A stretch of 64,000 nt of DNA from Escherichia coli (GCF_024502345.1 NZ_JALDNN010000001.1); one strand, 5' to 3'. Shown: positions 32,488-43,521, numbered from the stretch's first letter. The notes: generated by a model from the sequence alone, not told the origin. Translations and numbers: made by a program.

Positions 32488-33628
32488 GGTTCGCTTGCTT
32501 GGACTGCGGTGAGGTTGCCTCGCTTCGGATCACCGACATCGCCGACCAATTTACGCCTTTGATCCAATCGTTCCCGTCTTCGCTCACGCCGGCATCTTCC
32601 ACGTGAGCCGCAATGAAGGCTTCGGCTTGAATGAGCCCCGCTCTGACAGCATCTATCTTATTAGGCATCCGCAGGATTTCAGCAGCGCAGCCTGCATCCA
32701 GCCCATCCACCCGGATAAGCAGAAAAATGCGGCGCCACAAGTGCGGCATACCCTTCATCAGGTCGAATGCAAATGCGAATTCGCTCGATCTGTCACCAAT
32801 TTCCTCCTGTTCGGCGATTGCTGCTGGGTCGGGAAGCCGACTATCAGCCATGACGTCGGCCAGGCTGAGTGCGTCATCAGGCTGATAAAACTCGTAGAAC
32901 TCTTCCTCTACCATGGCCTCCGCCATGTCCTGCGCATCCGCTTCGACCGGCGCATCCAGCGAAACGGCCTCGCCATATTGCCGGCTGTTTGCCACTTCGC
33001 GATCAATGACGGCAAAAAGATGCTTCAAAAGATCGAGGTAAGCGGCATTTTCTTCTGGAACGGATGTCCATACCGATTCAGCCAGAGCAATCGCTTCGTC
33101 CACCACGTCGTGCAGCGTCGGATAATCGCGAGGCAAATCACCGGCGGCATGCAGATAAGCCAACTCGCGTTGCGCAACGGCCTCAACCTTCGGCAGCAGC
33201 GTCTCGATTATCCCGCGTGCTTGCTGGACGACAGAGGCAGGTTGAGTGTCGATCCGCGCCTTGAGCTCGCGCAAGCGTTCACGACGCGCCTTACGCTTGA
33301 TTTGATCCTGAGCGCTCAGCCGATCAAAGTGCTTCTTGGCCTGCCGGAACAACGCCTGCGCTAGCATGTGCGCGAGAGGCGTCAGATCGTTATGCGATGC
33401 AGTGACGCTGACGATTTTTTTGCCCGGCAAGTGCATGTGGCCACTGGCCGTTAAGCGAGATCCTTTTTTCGCGCGTTCGAGGACGATTTGAAGACGTACC
33501 GAATCTTCGGAGCGCTTTTCGATCAGCGGCTTGAGAGCGGGTTCAACCGCTTTTTCTACAGACATTCGCCAAGGTTCATGAAATTCTTTTTCGACGAGTC
33601 GATAGCTATATTGTATACGCATGCTCAA
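32477..33628 (-). CDS. Hypothetical protein of the heat-resistance island
   Basis: 383-aa ORF MSMRIQYSYRLVEKEF...; acidic C-terminal half; no family recognised with confidence. Confidence 0.55.
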   Translation of the reverse strand: MSMRIQYSYRLVEKEFHEPWRMSVEKAVEPALKPLIEKRSEDSVRLQIVLERAKKGSRLTASGHMHLPGKKIVSVTASHNDLTPLAHMLAQALFRQAKKHFDRLSAQDQIKRKARRERLRELKARIDTQPASVVQQARGIIETLLPKVEAVAQRELAYLHAAGDLPRDYPTLHDVVDEAIALAESVWTSVPEENAAYLDLLKHLFAVIDREVANSRQYGEAVSLDAPVEADAQDMAEAMVEEEFYEFYQPDDALSLADVMADSRLPDPAAIAEQEEIGDRSSEFAFAFDLMKGMPHLWRRIFLLIRVDGLDAGCAAEILRMPNKIDAVRAGLIQAEAFIAAHVEDAGVSEDGNDWIKGVNWSAMSVIRSEATSPQSKQANHEK

Positions 33629-33720
33629 GTCCTTTAGGGTTGTCCGCCCAGGTGAGTGGACCCGGGTGATTGGATATGTTGATTTTCAAAGATGATCTTA
33701 CGGTTTGGTTTTTCACGCCC

Positions 33721-34332
33721 TTACCTCTGACGCGCTTTGCGCAAACGCCAACTAAGAAGCAAAAGAGTCATACCGAAGATCGCAGCATGGAAACCCAATA
33801 CCCAGCCCGCGGCCAGAAATGATTCGATCGGGCGGGTAAAAAACATCCATAGGATGATCGCACCGAGGAGCACGGAAAGCAGCCCGCTGAGGGCAAGCCA
33901 GATCTCGCCCTTGATTTCCCGGCGCAGACGAACGGCGGCGGATATCTCCAGCATACCGGTGAAAATTGCCCAGAATGCCACGCTTACCCACAAGAAATAG
34001 GCCAACGCCAAAGTGGCAGCCAGAGGGGCAACTACCACAACGACACCGGTGAGTATGCCGACGATGCCGCTGAACAACAGCCAGCCCCAGCGCTGCTTTT
34101 GCCGCATTTGCCGCACCGCTGCAACCAGGTTGAACGCACCATTGACCAAAGAAAATGCGCCGAACACTATCGTCATGGCGAACAAAGCCGAGTGTGGCAT
34201 CCAGAATGCGAGGACTGCAAAAATCAACGCGAATATGCCGCGCAGCGCAAACAACCACCAATTTTGGGTCAGTGAACACACGGCATCGGCAGGGTTATCC
34301 GCATTCGAATCGGCGATGGTATTTGCATTCAT
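33721..34332 (-). CDS. hdeD: HdeD-like acid-resistance membrane protein
   Basis: 203-aa ORF with six hydrophobic segments typical of the HdeD family. Confidence 0.7.
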   Translation of the reverse strand: MNANTIADSNADNPADAVCSLTQNWWLFALRGIFALIFAVLAFWMPHSALFAMTIVFGAFSLVNGAFNLVAAVRQMRQKQRWGWLLFSGIVGILTGVVVVVAPLAATLALAYFLWVSVAFWAIFTGMLEISAAVRLRREIKGEIWLALSGLLSVLLGAIILWMFFTRPIESFLAAGWVLGFHAAIFGMTLLLLSWRLRKARQR

Positions 34333-34417
34333 GCGATATCTCCTTGATGGATCATGAGATCAGGAAAATCAAGCCTTCATCGCGAAGAGAGGGGCTATTC
34401 GCCCCTCTCTTGCGGTT

Positions 34418-35305
34418 TTAGAACAGCTTTGACAGTCTCGCCTTGATTTCATCGAGCCAGCCTTTTCCGCTCCCGCCTCCGGCCGTCTTTTCCTTGACTT
34501 TCTTGAGTTCAGAGTACAGGGGCTCAAAGTCCTTCTTTTTGCCATAGCCCAGCAGTTCTGCCATTTCCAACTGCTGCCGGGCTTCGTTTAACAAGTCCTG
34601 CAGGCGTTCACCGGACGCCTCGCTGCGCTGGCCATCTTCTGTCAAGGTCTCGGCGCGCTTGACGAGCAGTTTGGCGCGCAGGATGGGCAGCGGGATGACG
34701 CTGAGTGTCTCGACGAGCGTGCCGAGCGCCAACTGCAGCGCGGCCTTGGCCTCTTCGATCTTGCCCTGATCGATCAGCGGCACGACGGATTTCACGGCTG
34801 CCGGGTAAGTCGCCAGAGGGATGTTGGTGACCGCAATCACGATTTCGCTGGCCAGCAATGCCAACACGCGACGAGCGCGTTGCACCTCGCCATGTTTGAG
34901 GGCATCCAGCGCCTCGTCAGTCATCGCCTCAACGGTTTCCGTGTTGGCGAACAAGTCGTGCACGATGGTGCGCACATCAACGGGGGCCAGGGCGAGCGTG
35001 GGTTCGCGTGCAACGATCAGCTCCAGCTTTCCCGTCACTTCGGCCAGCGTTGCCAGTGCTCGCGCGGATTCTTTTTCGTCCAGGGCCGCCAGCGCTGATT
35101 TGGTCAGCGCCAAGGCCGAGACGGCCTCATCGAGGACTTGTTTACGTTTGTCTGCCGCTTGCGAGTCCGTTTCCTTCTGAACCTCAGGCTGTACCTCCGT
35201 GACGACTTCAGGCTTGGGCTCTGGTCTGGCAGGAAGGCTGCTTACCGCGGCCTGTTCGTTCGTGCCTTCGTTGATCGCGTTGGGATTCGATGTTTGCTCA
35301 TTCAT
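34418..35305 (-). CDS. yfdX: YfdX-family periplasmic protein (copy 2)
   Basis: 295-aa ORF sharing blocks with the neighbouring YfdX copy (LAREP..ALAPVDV, LPLPILRAK, LLGYGKKKDF). Confidence 0.8.
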   Translation of the reverse strand: MNEQTSNPNAINEGTNEQAAVSSLPARPEPKPEVVTEVQPEVQKETDSQAADKRKQVLDEAVSALALTKSALAALDEKESARALATLAEVTGKLELIVAREPTLALAPVDVRTIVHDLFANTETVEAMTDEALDALKHGEVQRARRVLALLASEIVIAVTNIPLATYPAAVKSVVPLIDQGKIEEAKAALQLALGTLVETLSVIPLPILRAKLLVKRAETLTEDGQRSEASGERLQDLLNEARQQLEMAELLGYGKKKDFEPLYSELKKVKEKTAGGGSGKGWLDEIKARLSKLF

Positions 35306-35407
35306 GGTGATATGCCTCGTATGAGATAGTGAAAATAGGGGAATCTATTGGGGCCGACTGCGAATATCGCGAGACTGACCGATGGAGCAGTCGGCCCCTT
35401 CATCACC

Positions 35408-36322
35408 TCAAAACAGCTTTTGGATGCGCGTCTTCAACTCGTCGAACCATCCATTGCCGCTTTTGCCACCAGCCGACTTTTGCTCAATGGACTTCACCTG
35501 ATCGAAGATGGGTTTGAAGTCCTCCTTCTTGCCATAACCCAGGATTTGCGCCAGCTCGATCTCCGTGCGCACGGACGACAGCAAGGTGCTGAGCTCCTCG
35601 TTCTGCTTGGCATCGCGCTTGTCAGTCTCGGCCAGCTTTTCAGCTTTTGCCATCGCGGCTTCGGCCCGTAGCACGGGCAGAGGGAGTACAACTTGGGTGA
35701 CCACCAGCGTGTTCAGTGCTCGGGCGAGTTCCGCCTTGGCGTTGTCGATCTTGCCGCTGTCGATGAGCCGTGCGGCCGACTTGATCGCTGCCGGGTACGT
35801 TGCCATCGGCAGGTTGTCGGTTTCGATCACGATTTCGCTGGCAAGATTGGCAACAATGGGCCGTGCCTTTTGCACCTCGCCATCATCCAACAACTCCTGA
35901 GACAACTTGACCGCTTTCTTGACCGATTCCACGTCGGCGTGGATGTCATGGGTGATGACGCTTACATCGACGGGCGCCAAAGCAATTTTTGGCTCACGCG
36001 CCAATACCAGTTCCAGCTTTCCGCTGGCCAGTTCCAGCGCAGCGAGCGCCTCCTTGGTCTTCTTTGCATCAAGGAGGATCAATGCCTCATGGGTCTTGGC
36101 CAGCGCAGTGATTGCATCTTGGGCGAGTTCGGCGCGCTTCTTCGCGGCTTCCCGGGCGACCTTGTCATCTACCTGTGGCAGCGCCGCTTTGGATGCGGCA
36201 GAGGGTGCTGCAGCACCTGGGCTAGAACCTGCCGCCGATTGGGCCAGAGCCGGTCCGCTCAGTCCGACGACGACCGCCAGGGCAAGTGCGGAGAAGATGT
36301 ATTGTGGCTGTTTGATATTCAT
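35408..36322 (-). CDS. yfdX: YfdX-family periplasmic protein (copy 1)
   Basis: Start MNIKQPQYIFSALALAVVVG... (cat at 36320-36322) with signal peptide; paralogous to 34418-35305. Confidence 0.8.
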   Translation of the reverse strand: MNIKQPQYIFSALALAVVVGLSGPALAQSAAGSSPGAAAPSAASKAALPQVDDKVAREAAKKRAELAQDAITALAKTHEALILLDAKKTKEALAALELASGKLELVLAREPKIALAPVDVSVITHDIHADVESVKKAVKLSQELLDDGEVQKARPIVANLASEIVIETDNLPMATYPAAIKSAARLIDSGKIDNAKAELARALNTLVVTQVVLPLPVLRAEAAMAKAEKLAETDKRDAKQNEELSTLLSSVRTEIELAQILGYGKKEDFKPIFDQVKSIEQKSAGGKSGNGWFDELKTRIQKLF

Positions 36323-36343
36323 GATGTTGGACTCCAATTGAAG

Positions 36344-36802
36344 TTAATTGACTGAAATTTCAATCTGTTTCGGTTTGGCTTGCTCGGCCTTGACAAGCCG
36401 CACTTCCAGCACGCCGTCTTTCATGGAAGCCGTCACCTTGGTCGGATCAACGTTGTCAGGCAAGACAAAGCTGCGCACAAAGCGGCCATACGCACGTTCG
36501 ATGCGGTGGAACTTCTTGCCCTGCTCCTCTTTTTCCAGTTTGCGCTCGCCGCTGATGGTGAGCACACCGTTTTCCGCGCTGACGCGCACGGCATCCTTGG
36601 GGACCTCCGGCAGATCCAGCTTGAGGAGGAATGCGTTCTCATCCTCGCTGATGTCCACCATTGGTGCCCAGTCCGCCGTGGTCATGGCTTCGTTGCCGGT
36701 ACGGGCGCCCTGTCGCTGGGGTGTCCGTCCCAACATCGTCGCCAGGCGGTTTTGCAATTCATCCAGTTCCCGGAAGGGGTCCCACGGAGTCAATGCAGAC
36801 AT
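36344..36802 (-). CDS. Small heat shock protein (Hsp20/alpha-crystallin family)
   Basis: Start MSALTPWDPFRELDEL... (cat at 36800-36802) after AAGGAG; alpha-crystallin domain (GVLTISGERK..., GVLEVRL). Confidence 0.85.
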   Translation of the reverse strand: MSALTPWDPFRELDELQNRLATMLGRTPQRQGARTGNEAMTTADWAPMVDISEDENAFLLKLDLPEVPKDAVRVSAENGVLTISGERKLEKEEQGKKFHRIERAYGRFVRSFVLPDNVDPTKVTASMKDGVLEVRLVKAEQAKPKQIEISVN

Positions 36803-36896
36803 ATCGGTTCTCCTTGAACAATGCCGGTGAATTGGATGACGCACCGAACAGAGCCGCCGGCTCACTCTGAATAGCGCCTATTACTTTTCGTTTCTA

Positions 36897-38231
36897 TCAA
36901 GAACAGGCCATGAGCAAGAATAGTCCATGAAGCAATAGCGCATGTCCCATCTCGTGATAGGCCACGGTTTCCCGCTCCTTCGGATTGAGCACACGGTTCT
37001 TCCTTTCCAGGCCGGCCACGATGCGCTCGATGGCGGCGGTGAAGTCTTGCAGCTCCACAGCCTGCGCCTTGCGCCGCGTCGCGTTCAGCGCTGCTTCGTT
37101 CACGAGATTGGCCAGATCAGCGCCGGAAAAGCCGGTGGTCAACGCCGCCACCTGTTCCAGATCTACACCGTGGGCCAGGGTGATCTTCTTGACATGGACC
37201 TTCAGGATATCCAGGCGACCTTTCTTGTCGGGACGGTCCACCAGCACCTGACGGTCGAAGCGACCGGCACGAAGCAAGGCCTGATCGAGGATTTCGGGGC
37301 GGTTGGTGGCGGCGAGGATGATCAGCCCGACCGAGCTGTCGAAGCCATCCATTTCGGTGAGCAACTGGTTCAGCGTCTGCTCACGCTCGTCGTGTCCGCC
37401 GGTCGGTCCTCCGACACCGCGTGCGCGGCCCAAAGCATCCAGCTCATCAATGAAGATGATCGCCGGCGCCTGCCCGCGCGCCTGCTCGAACAGGTCGCGC
37501 ACGCGCGCCGCACCCACGCCGACGAACATCTCGACGAACTCCGAGCCTGAGATGGAAAAGAACGGTACCCCGGCCTCGCCCGCCACGGCCTTGGCCAGCA
37601 GGGTCTTGCCCGTGCCCGGCGGGCCAACCAGCAACACACCTTTCGGGATGCGCGCGCCGAGGCGGCCGTAATCCTGCGGGTTCTTCAGGAAGTCGACGAT
37701 TTCGACCAGCTCGGCCTTGGCCTCATCGACACCCGCGACATCGGCAAAGGTGACGCCGGTGTTCTTCTCCATGAACACCTTGGCGCGGCTCTTGCCGATG
37801 CTCAGGAAGCCGCCCATGCCCTGCTTCTCGGCGAAGCGGCGGAACAGGAAGAACCAGACGCCGAAGAAGGCCACCGCCGGCAGAATCCAGGAGAGCACAT
37901 CACGTAGCCAGGTGCTTTCCACCACCCGCGCGTAGGGCACCTCGTACTTGGACAGCCGCTCGGCCAGGTCGGGTTCGACGCGAGTGGCCACGATGGTGGT
38001 CTTGCCCCGGCTGTCCGGCGATTTCAGGCGCCCGGTGACCGTGCGGTCCGACACCAGCACTTCGGCGACGCGCCCCTCGGCCAGCGCCTTCTCGAATTCG
38101 CTGTAGGGCACGGGCTCGACGGTCTTGGCCGCCTGCCAGTAGTTCTGCAGCGTCAGCAGCAACAGGCCGGCGACGATCCAGTAGCCAATGTTCCATTGAT
38201 CTTTCTTTTCCATGGGCAATGTTCCTCGCAA
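36897..38231 (-). CDS. ftsH: FtsH-like AAA+ protease, C-terminally short (ends about 20 residues after HEXXH)
   Basis: 444-aa ORF with TM N-terminus, Walker A GPPGTGKT, Walker B IIFIDELD, then AYHEMGHAL and an early stop. Confidence 0.75.
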   Translation of the reverse strand: MRGTLPMEKKDQWNIGYWIVAGLLLLTLQNYWQAAKTVEPVPYSEFEKALAEGRVAEVLVSDRTVTGRLKSPDSRGKTTIVATRVEPDLAERLSKYEVPYARVVESTWLRDVLSWILPAVAFFGVWFFLFRRFAEKQGMGGFLSIGKSRAKVFMEKNTGVTFADVAGVDEAKAELVEIVDFLKNPQDYGRLGARIPKGVLLVGPPGTGKTLLAKAVAGEAGVPFFSISGSEFVEMFVGVGAARVRDLFEQARGQAPAIIFIDELDALGRARGVGGPTGGHDEREQTLNQLLTEMDGFDSSVGLIILAATNRPEILDQALLRAGRFDRQVLVDRPDKKGRLDILKVHVKKITLAHGVDLEQVAALTTGFSGADLANLVNEAALNATRRKAQAVELQDFTAAIERIVAGLERKNRVLNPKERETVAYHEMGHALLLHGLFLLMACS

Positions 38232-38240
38232 GTCGTGCCG

Positions 38241-39701
38241 CTAGAGAATGGGGGTGAACAGACGGGCCACCCCGTCGCGCAAGCGCATGGCCAGCGGGTG
38301 GGCGCGCAACGCCTTCGCCGATATCTCGCCCGACACATCACGAGCGGCATCAAAAAGGGATGACAGCCGCGTAGACAACGCGGTGTCGTACACCTCCACA
38401 TTGAACTCGAAGTTGAGGCGCAAACTGCGCGCATCCCAATTGGCCGAACCCAGGCAGCACCACGCTCCGTCTACCAGCATCAGCTTGCTGTGGTCGAACG
38501 GGCCAGGCCGTTCGAAGATGCGCACACCGTGCTCCAGCACCTGCCAGTAGTGGGCGCGCGCGGCCCATTGCACCGTGGGATGGTCGCCGTTTGCGGGCGT
38601 CAGCACGTCGATACGCACGCCGCGCAACGCGGCCGTGCTCAGCGCCGCGATCATCGGCTGATCGGGGACGAAGTAAGGTGTCCAGATGCGCACCGAATGC
38701 TTCGCCGCGCTCAAAGCGCCCATGAAGGTCCAGCGCATCCGGTCCAGGGCCTCGTCGGGACCGGCCTCGATGCCGCGCGCCCAACTGGTTCCCGGCTCAT
38801 CAGCCGTTACGGGCGGTTCGCCCCAGAAACCCTCGTTGAGCCGCTCGCCCGTGGTATCGCACCAATCATCGGTGAAGCTCCGCATCAGATGCTCCACCAC
38901 CGGCCCGCGCAGACGAAAGTGCAAATCGTGACAGGCCTGGTCCGGCGCATCGGGCCGCCAGTACGGGCTGAAGATGTTCAATCCGCCGGTGAAACCCGTC
39001 TCGCCATCGATCACCAGCAGCTTGCGGTGATTCCGCAGATGCGCGGCATGCAGGCGCGCGGGAATCAATGTCGGGTTGAACGTCGCCGCCGGAACGCCGG
39101 CGCGCTGCAAGGCGCGGTAGGCGCTGCGGGGCGTCCAGCGGGCATACACGTCGTCGATCAGCACCCGCACTTGCACGCCGCGCTCATGAGCCCGGCGCAG
39201 CGCATCGACGAACTGCGCCCCGATGCCTTGGCTGTCGAAGATGTACGAGGTCAAGGCGACGCTGTACCGCGCCGATTCGATGGCGGCGAGCATGGCCGGG
39301 TAGGCCTGCTCGCCATCGACAAGCGGCTCGATGCGGTTGCCGCCGGTCAGCGACTGGCCGGTGGCGCGTCCCACCAGGTGGGCCAGACCGGCAAGTGGCG
39401 GCGATACAGCCTCGGGTATCGTGGGCGAGAGATCCTGCCGAACAGCAGGATCTGCCCCCGGGAAGAGCCGCCGCGCCCGCCGCTGGTAACGGTTGATGCC
39501 GAACAGCCCATACAGCAGCGAACCGCCCAGCGGCAGCAAGGCGATCAGCAGTACCCACAGCGTGGCCGATCGAGGGTCACGCTTGTAGATGACCGCATGC
39601 CCCGCTGTGGGGATAGCGACCGCCAGCGACACGAGGGTGGCTGCCCATGTCAGCCCATTGGGGTCGGACACGACAGCCTCCCATCGCTCAAGATTCGCCA
39701 T
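38241..39701 (-). CDS. cls: Cardiolipin synthase / phospholipase D family
   Basis: Start [11 protein letters not shown]... (cat at 39699-39701); two HKD motifs (HRKLLVIDGE; HSKLMLVDGAWCCLGSANWD). Confidence 0.8.
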   Translation of the reverse strand: MANLERWEAVVSDPNGLTWAATLVSLAVAIPTAGHAVIYKRDPRSATLWVLLIALLPLGGSLLYGLFGINRYQRRARRLFPGADPAVRQDLSPTIPEAVSPPLAGLAHLVGRATGQSLTGGNRIEPLVDGEQAYPAMLAAIESARYSVALTSYIFDSQGIGAQFVDALRRAHERGVQVRVLIDDVYARWTPRSAYRALQRAGVPAATFNPTLIPARLHAAHLRNHRKLLVIDGETGFTGGLNIFSPYWRPDAPDQACHDLHFRLRGPVVEHLMRSFTDDWCDTTGERLNEGFWGEPPVTADEPGTSWARGIEAGPDEALDRMRWTFMGALSAAKHSVRIWTPYFVPDQPMIAALSTAALRGVRIDVLTPANGDHPTVQWAARAHYWQVLEHGVRIFERPGPFDHSKLMLVDGAWCCLGSANWDARSLRLNFEFNVEVYDTALSTRLSSLFDAARDVSGEISAKALRAHPLAMRLRDGVARLFTPIL

Positions 39702-42543
39702 CCGCTGACTTCTTCTTGCGCGCAGGCTTGCTCGCGTCGCCAGGCGGTGCCTCGGCCACGTCCGCGGCATCGGGCTTTTCAGGCTCAGCCGACTTCGCGG
39801 GTGGCTCCTGGCGCTCGAAGACCACCCGTTCGGCCTTGTCGTCCCAGCGGGCGTTGGCGTGATCACCCTTGCCGATACCGCCACCCAGCATCTCGCGCGC
39901 CAGCGCGGTTTCCAGCTCGCTGCGGATCAGCCGCTTGAGCTCACGCGCGCCGAACTCGGGCTTGTAGCCTTCCTCCGCGAAGTGGTCGATCAAGGTCTGA
40001 TCGAAGGTCAGCGTCACGCCCTGGCTGGCGGCGTTGCGGGCCACACGATCAAGCTGCAGGCCGACGATATGGCGGATTTCCTCCTTGCCCAGCGCATGGA
40101 AGACGATGATCTCGTCGATGCGGTTGATGAACTCGGGGCGGAAGTGTCCGCGCAGCACGTCCATCACCTCGGACTTGGTCTTCTCGTATTCCTCGCCGGC
40201 GGCGCCACCGGCCTTCAGCCGACGCTGGATGATGTCCGAGCCCAGGTTCGAGGTGGCGATGATGATGGTATTGGTGAAATCCACCACCCGGCCCTTGCCG
40301 TCGGTGAGCCGCCCGTCGTCGAACACCTGCAGCAGGATGTTGTAGACGTCGGGGTGCGCTTTTTCGATCTCATCGAGCAGCAACACGCTGTAGGGCTTGC
40401 GACGCACCTTCTCGGTGAGCTGGCCGCCCTCGTCATAGCCCACATAACCCGGAGGCGCGCCCACCAGGCGTGCCACGGCATGGCGTTCCCCGTACTCGGA
40501 CATGTCGATGCGCAGCAGCGCACCTTCATCGCCATAGATGGACTCGGCCAGCGCCTTGGCGAGCTCGGTCTTGCCCACGCCGGTCGGCCCAAGGAACAGG
40601 AAAGTCGCCACCGGCTTGTCGCCTTCGCGCAGGCCCGCGCGCGACAACCGCACGGCATCGGCCACCGCGCGCACCGCTTCGTCCTGGCCCACCAGGCGCT
40701 CATGCAGCCGCTGCTCCAGATGCAGCAGCTTCTCGCGTTCTTCCACCGTCAGCTCGTTGACCGGAATGCCGGTCAGGCGCGAGACGATCTGCGCGACATG
40801 CTCGGCCTTGACTTCGGCGCTGCCCGAGGCGCGCTCGCGTTCCCATTCCTCGACGAGCTGCTTGAGTTCAGTCTCCTTGGCCTCGATGCGCTTGCCCAGC
40901 TCGGCGGCCTTGTCGTACTGCTTGCGCGAGGCCATGTAGTCCTGCTCACGCCGCAACTGGTGCAGTTCGGACTCCAGCTCCTGCACCGCCACCGGGCGAG
41001 CCGTGGCCGACAGCTTCACGCGTGCGGCCGCCTGGTCAAGCAGGTCGATGGCCTTGTCAGGCAAAAAGCGCGCGGTGATGTAGCGGTCCGACAACTCGGC
41101 GGCGGCGATGATCGCATCCTCGGTGATGCTGACCTTGTGGTGCGCCTCGAAGGTGTCGCGCAGGCCGCGCAGGATCATCATGGTCTGCGCTACCGTCGGC
41201 TCGGGCACCATCACCGGCTGGAAACGACGCTCCAGCGCGGCGTCCTTCTCGATGTACTTCTGATACTCGTTGAGCGTGGTGGCGCCGATCAGGTTCAGTT
41301 CGCCGCGCGCCATCATCGGCTTGAACACGTTGGCCACGTCCAGCCCGCCTTCGCCGCCACCCTGGCCTGCACCGACGATGGTGTGCACTTCATCGATGAA
41401 GAGAATCATCTCGCCCTGGTGCTCGGTCACTTCCTTGAGCACCTTCTGCACGCGCTCCTCGAACTCGCCGCGATACTTGGCGCCTGCCACCATGGCGTTG
41501 ATGTTGAGCTCGACCAGACGCTTGTCGCGCAGCGTCTCGGGCACTTCACCGGCGACCATGCGCTGCGCCAGCCCTTCGACAATGGCGGTCTTGCCGACGC
41601 CGGGCTCACCGATCAACACCGGGTTGTTTTTCTTGCGCCGGGCCAGCACCTCGATGGTGGTCTCGATCTCCTGCGCACGGCCGATGACTGGATCGAGTTT
41701 GCCCTCGCGCGCCATCTTGGTGAGGTCGCGCGAGTATTTATCCAGCTCGGGCGTGTTGGTCGGCGTCTCGGCGCGGCCATCCTCGGCCCCTTTGCCGACC
41801 ACCTTGCTTACCTGCTGGCGCAGCGCTTGCGGCGTGAGGCCGTAACGGCGCAGCAGGTTGGCCGCCAAACCTTCGCCTTCCTCAGCGAGCCCGATCAGGA
41901 AATGCTCCGGCCCGACATAAGAGTGGCCGAGTTCGTTGGAGGCCACGAAAGCGCGGCTGAGCGCGTCCTTGACCCGGGGCGACACGCCGACTTCGCCCTC
42001 GAACGGCTTCTCGCCGCGCTTGGCTTCGGATTCGATCTGTCGCTTGAGGTCATCGACCTTGATCTTGAACTGTCCCAGGATGGTCTTCACCACGTCGCTG
42101 TCGGATAGCGCCAGCAGCAGGTGTTCGGTATCGACTTCGGCGCGCCCGAACTCTGCAGCGTGTCGGGCGGCCTCCTGCAATAGGGCCTCGGACTGTTCGC
42201 TGATACGGCTGGCGAGCCCACTGCCGCGACGGCGCGCAGTGCCCGTACCGGCCGGGGCGGGTTCGCCGAACGAGGCATCGACCACCTCGTCGGTATCGGC
42301 CGCCATGGACGGCGAATCGTCACCGATGCGGAAGAAGTCGCTGCCGAGGAAGTCTTCGAACAAGCCGCTGCGCGAGCCAAACAAGGCTTCCAGCGGCGAG
42401 ACGGTGCGCTTTTGCTGGCGCGCCAGTTGGCGATAGTGATCGTCACACAACAGCATGGTGCTGTGGCGACCATTGAGATTGGCTTCCACCCGCACCGTGG
42501 CGGGCTGGCCGCAGACCTGGCATTGTTTTCTGGCCATGCTCAT
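39688..42543 (-). CDS. clpK: ClpK/ClpG-type AAA+ disaggregase (ClpB-like with N-terminal zinc-binding domain)
   Basis: Start [17 protein letters not shown]... (cat at 42541-42543) after GGAG; two AAA+ modules (GEPGVGKT and GPTGVGKT). Confidence 0.9.
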   Translation of the reverse strand: MSMARKQCQVCGQPATVRVEANLNGRHSTMLLCDDHYRQLARQQKRTVSPLEALFGSRSGLFEDFLGSDFFRIGDDSPSMAADTDEVVDASFGEPAPAGTGTARRRGSGLASRISEQSEALLQEAARHAAEFGRAEVDTEHLLLALSDSDVVKTILGQFKIKVDDLKRQIESEAKRGEKPFEGEVGVSPRVKDALSRAFVASNELGHSYVGPEHFLIGLAEEGEGLAANLLRRYGLTPQALRQQVSKVVGKGAEDGRAETPTNTPELDKYSRDLTKMAREGKLDPVIGRAQEIETTIEVLARRKKNNPVLIGEPGVGKTAIVEGLAQRMVAGEVPETLRDKRLVELNINAMVAGAKYRGEFEERVQKVLKEVTEHQGEMILFIDEVHTIVGAGQGGGEGGLDVANVFKPMMARGELNLIGATTLNEYQKYIEKDAALERRFQPVMVPEPTVAQTMMILRGLRDTFEAHHKVSITEDAIIAAAELSDRYITARFLPDKAIDLLDQAAARVKLSATARPVAVQELESELHQLRREQDYMASRKQYDKAAELGKRIEAKETELKQLVEEWERERASGSAEVKAEHVAQIVSRLTGIPVNELTVEEREKLLHLEQRLHERLVGQDEAVRAVADAVRLSRAGLREGDKPVATFLFLGPTGVGKTELAKALAESIYGDEGALLRIDMSEYGERHAVARLVGAPPGYVGYDEGGQLTEKVRRKPYSVLLLDEIEKAHPDVYNILLQVFDDGRLTDGKGRVVDFTNTIIIATSNLGSDIIQRRLKAGGAAGEEYEKTKSEVMDVLRGHFRPEFINRIDEIIVFHALGKEEIRHIVGLQLDRVARNAASQGVTLTFDQTLIDHFAEEGYKPEFGARELKRLIRSELETALAREMLGGGIGKGDHANARWDDKAERVVFERQEPPAKSAEPEKPDAADVAEAPPGDASKPARKKKSADGES

Positions 42544-42634
42544 GCTCCTTGAGAGGACTGATTTGACGAGGCGCCGAAGGTCACGGCGCCTCGCCATTCA
42601 CTTGGTTTTTCTGTAGAGAACAAGCCGATCGGCG

Positions 42635-43204
42635 TCAGCCGTTGATCGGGATCGAGCGGCCCTGCTTGGGCGCACTGGCCTCGCGCTTTTCCATTGTGAT
42701 CGTGAGTACGCCGTTCTTGAAAGCGGCCTTGATCGTGTCCTGGTTGGCATCGGTCGGCAGGTTCAGAGCGCGCTGAAAGCTGCCGTAGGAGCGCTCCACC
42801 CGGTGGAAACCGCCGTCTTTGCTTTCCTGCTCCTGACGCTTTTCACCGCGAACCAGCAGCACGTCGTTGTCGAGCGTGATATGGATGTCTTTTTCCTCGA
42901 CGCCGGGAACCTCCAAAGAAATCTTGTACTGCTTGTCGGTCTCCTGGATGTCCAGCGCCGGCTTCAGCAGGCCCGGCCAGTCCGACGGCCAGCGTGGCAT
43001 GGCCAGCGCCGGAAAGCCGAAGCCTCGAAACGTGTCGTCGAAGAGGCGGTCGATCTCGCGGTGCAATTGCAGGATGGGACTGACGGGCCCACCCGCTACC
43101 GGCAGGTCATTGCGCTGCACCGGCAGCGAGGCAGTGCTCTGTTGTTCTTCCTGCTCCTTCTTGAACCAGTTCCAGGGAGCCAACTTCTTGAAATCAATGT
43201 CCAT
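42635..43204 (-). CDS. Small heat shock protein (Hsp20 family)
   Basis: Start MDIDFKKLAPWNWF... (cat at 43202-43204) after GGAGGTG; alpha-crystallin domain. Confidence 0.85.
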   Translation of the reverse strand: MDIDFKKLAPWNWFKKEQEEQQSTASLPVQRNDLPVAGGPVSPILQLHREIDRLFDDTFRGFGFPALAMPRWPSDWPGLLKPALDIQETDKQYKISLEVPGVEEKDIHITLDNDVLLVRGEKRQEQESKDGGFHRVERSYGSFQRALNLPTDANQDTIKAAFKNGVLTITMEKREASAPKQGRSIPING

Positions 43205-43239
43205 GTCACACCTCCAGAACAAAAATTGAAGACTCTCGC

Positions 43240-43521
43240 TCACTCCGTTTGCCTGCGGCTATGGATAGCGCGCCCAGGCAACACGGGATGTTTCGCTGAC
43301 TTCGGCTGCTCATCTGTACGTATCACCTCCTTCTTTCTGCCTGCTTGGATCTGATCATTGATCCATCGATCGATTTCACTTTGACGAAACCGCCACGTCC
43401 CGCCGACCTTGAAGGCCGGAATCTCCCCGTGCGCGGCGAGCCGGTAGAGCGTCCGCTTGCCGACCTTTAAGTAGGTAGCCAACTCGTCGAGTGTGAAGAT
43501 CGCCTGCTGGCGCGCTGTCAT
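43240..43521 (-). CDS. Helix-turn-helix DNA-binding protein (MerR/excisionase-like), first gene of the heat-resistance island
   Basis: Start MTARQQAIFTLDELATYLKVGKRTLYRLAAHGEIPAFKVGGTWRF (cat at 43519-43521); HTH pattern. Confidence 0.65.
   Translation of the reverse strand: MTARQQAIFTLDELATYLKVGKRTLYRLAAHGEIPAFKVGGTWRFRQSEIDRWINDQIQAGRKKEVIRTDEQPKSAKHPVLPGRAIHSRRQTE

Larger units (their letters stand above)
24139..43521 (-). other. Locus of heat resistance / transmissible protein-quality-control island (LHR/tLPQC-like), GC-rich, with an IS21-family insertion
   Basis: Colinear set HTH regulator-sHsp20-ClpK-Cls-FtsH-sHsp-YfdX-YfdX-HdeD-orf-Trx-KefB-...-PsiE-protease-DegP, all on the reverse strand; visibly higher GC than the flanking chromosome. 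Confidence 0.85.

Noticed and set aside
38490-39938. 482-aa forward-strand ORF antisense to the cardiolipin synthase gene
   Set aside because: Arg/Pro/Ala-rich low-complexity translation; the reverse-strand gene carries both HKD motifs.
39859-42108. 749-aa forward-strand ORF antisense to clpK
   Set aside because: Lies opposite a gene with unambiguous twin AAA+ motifs; composition-driven open frame with no recognisable motifs.
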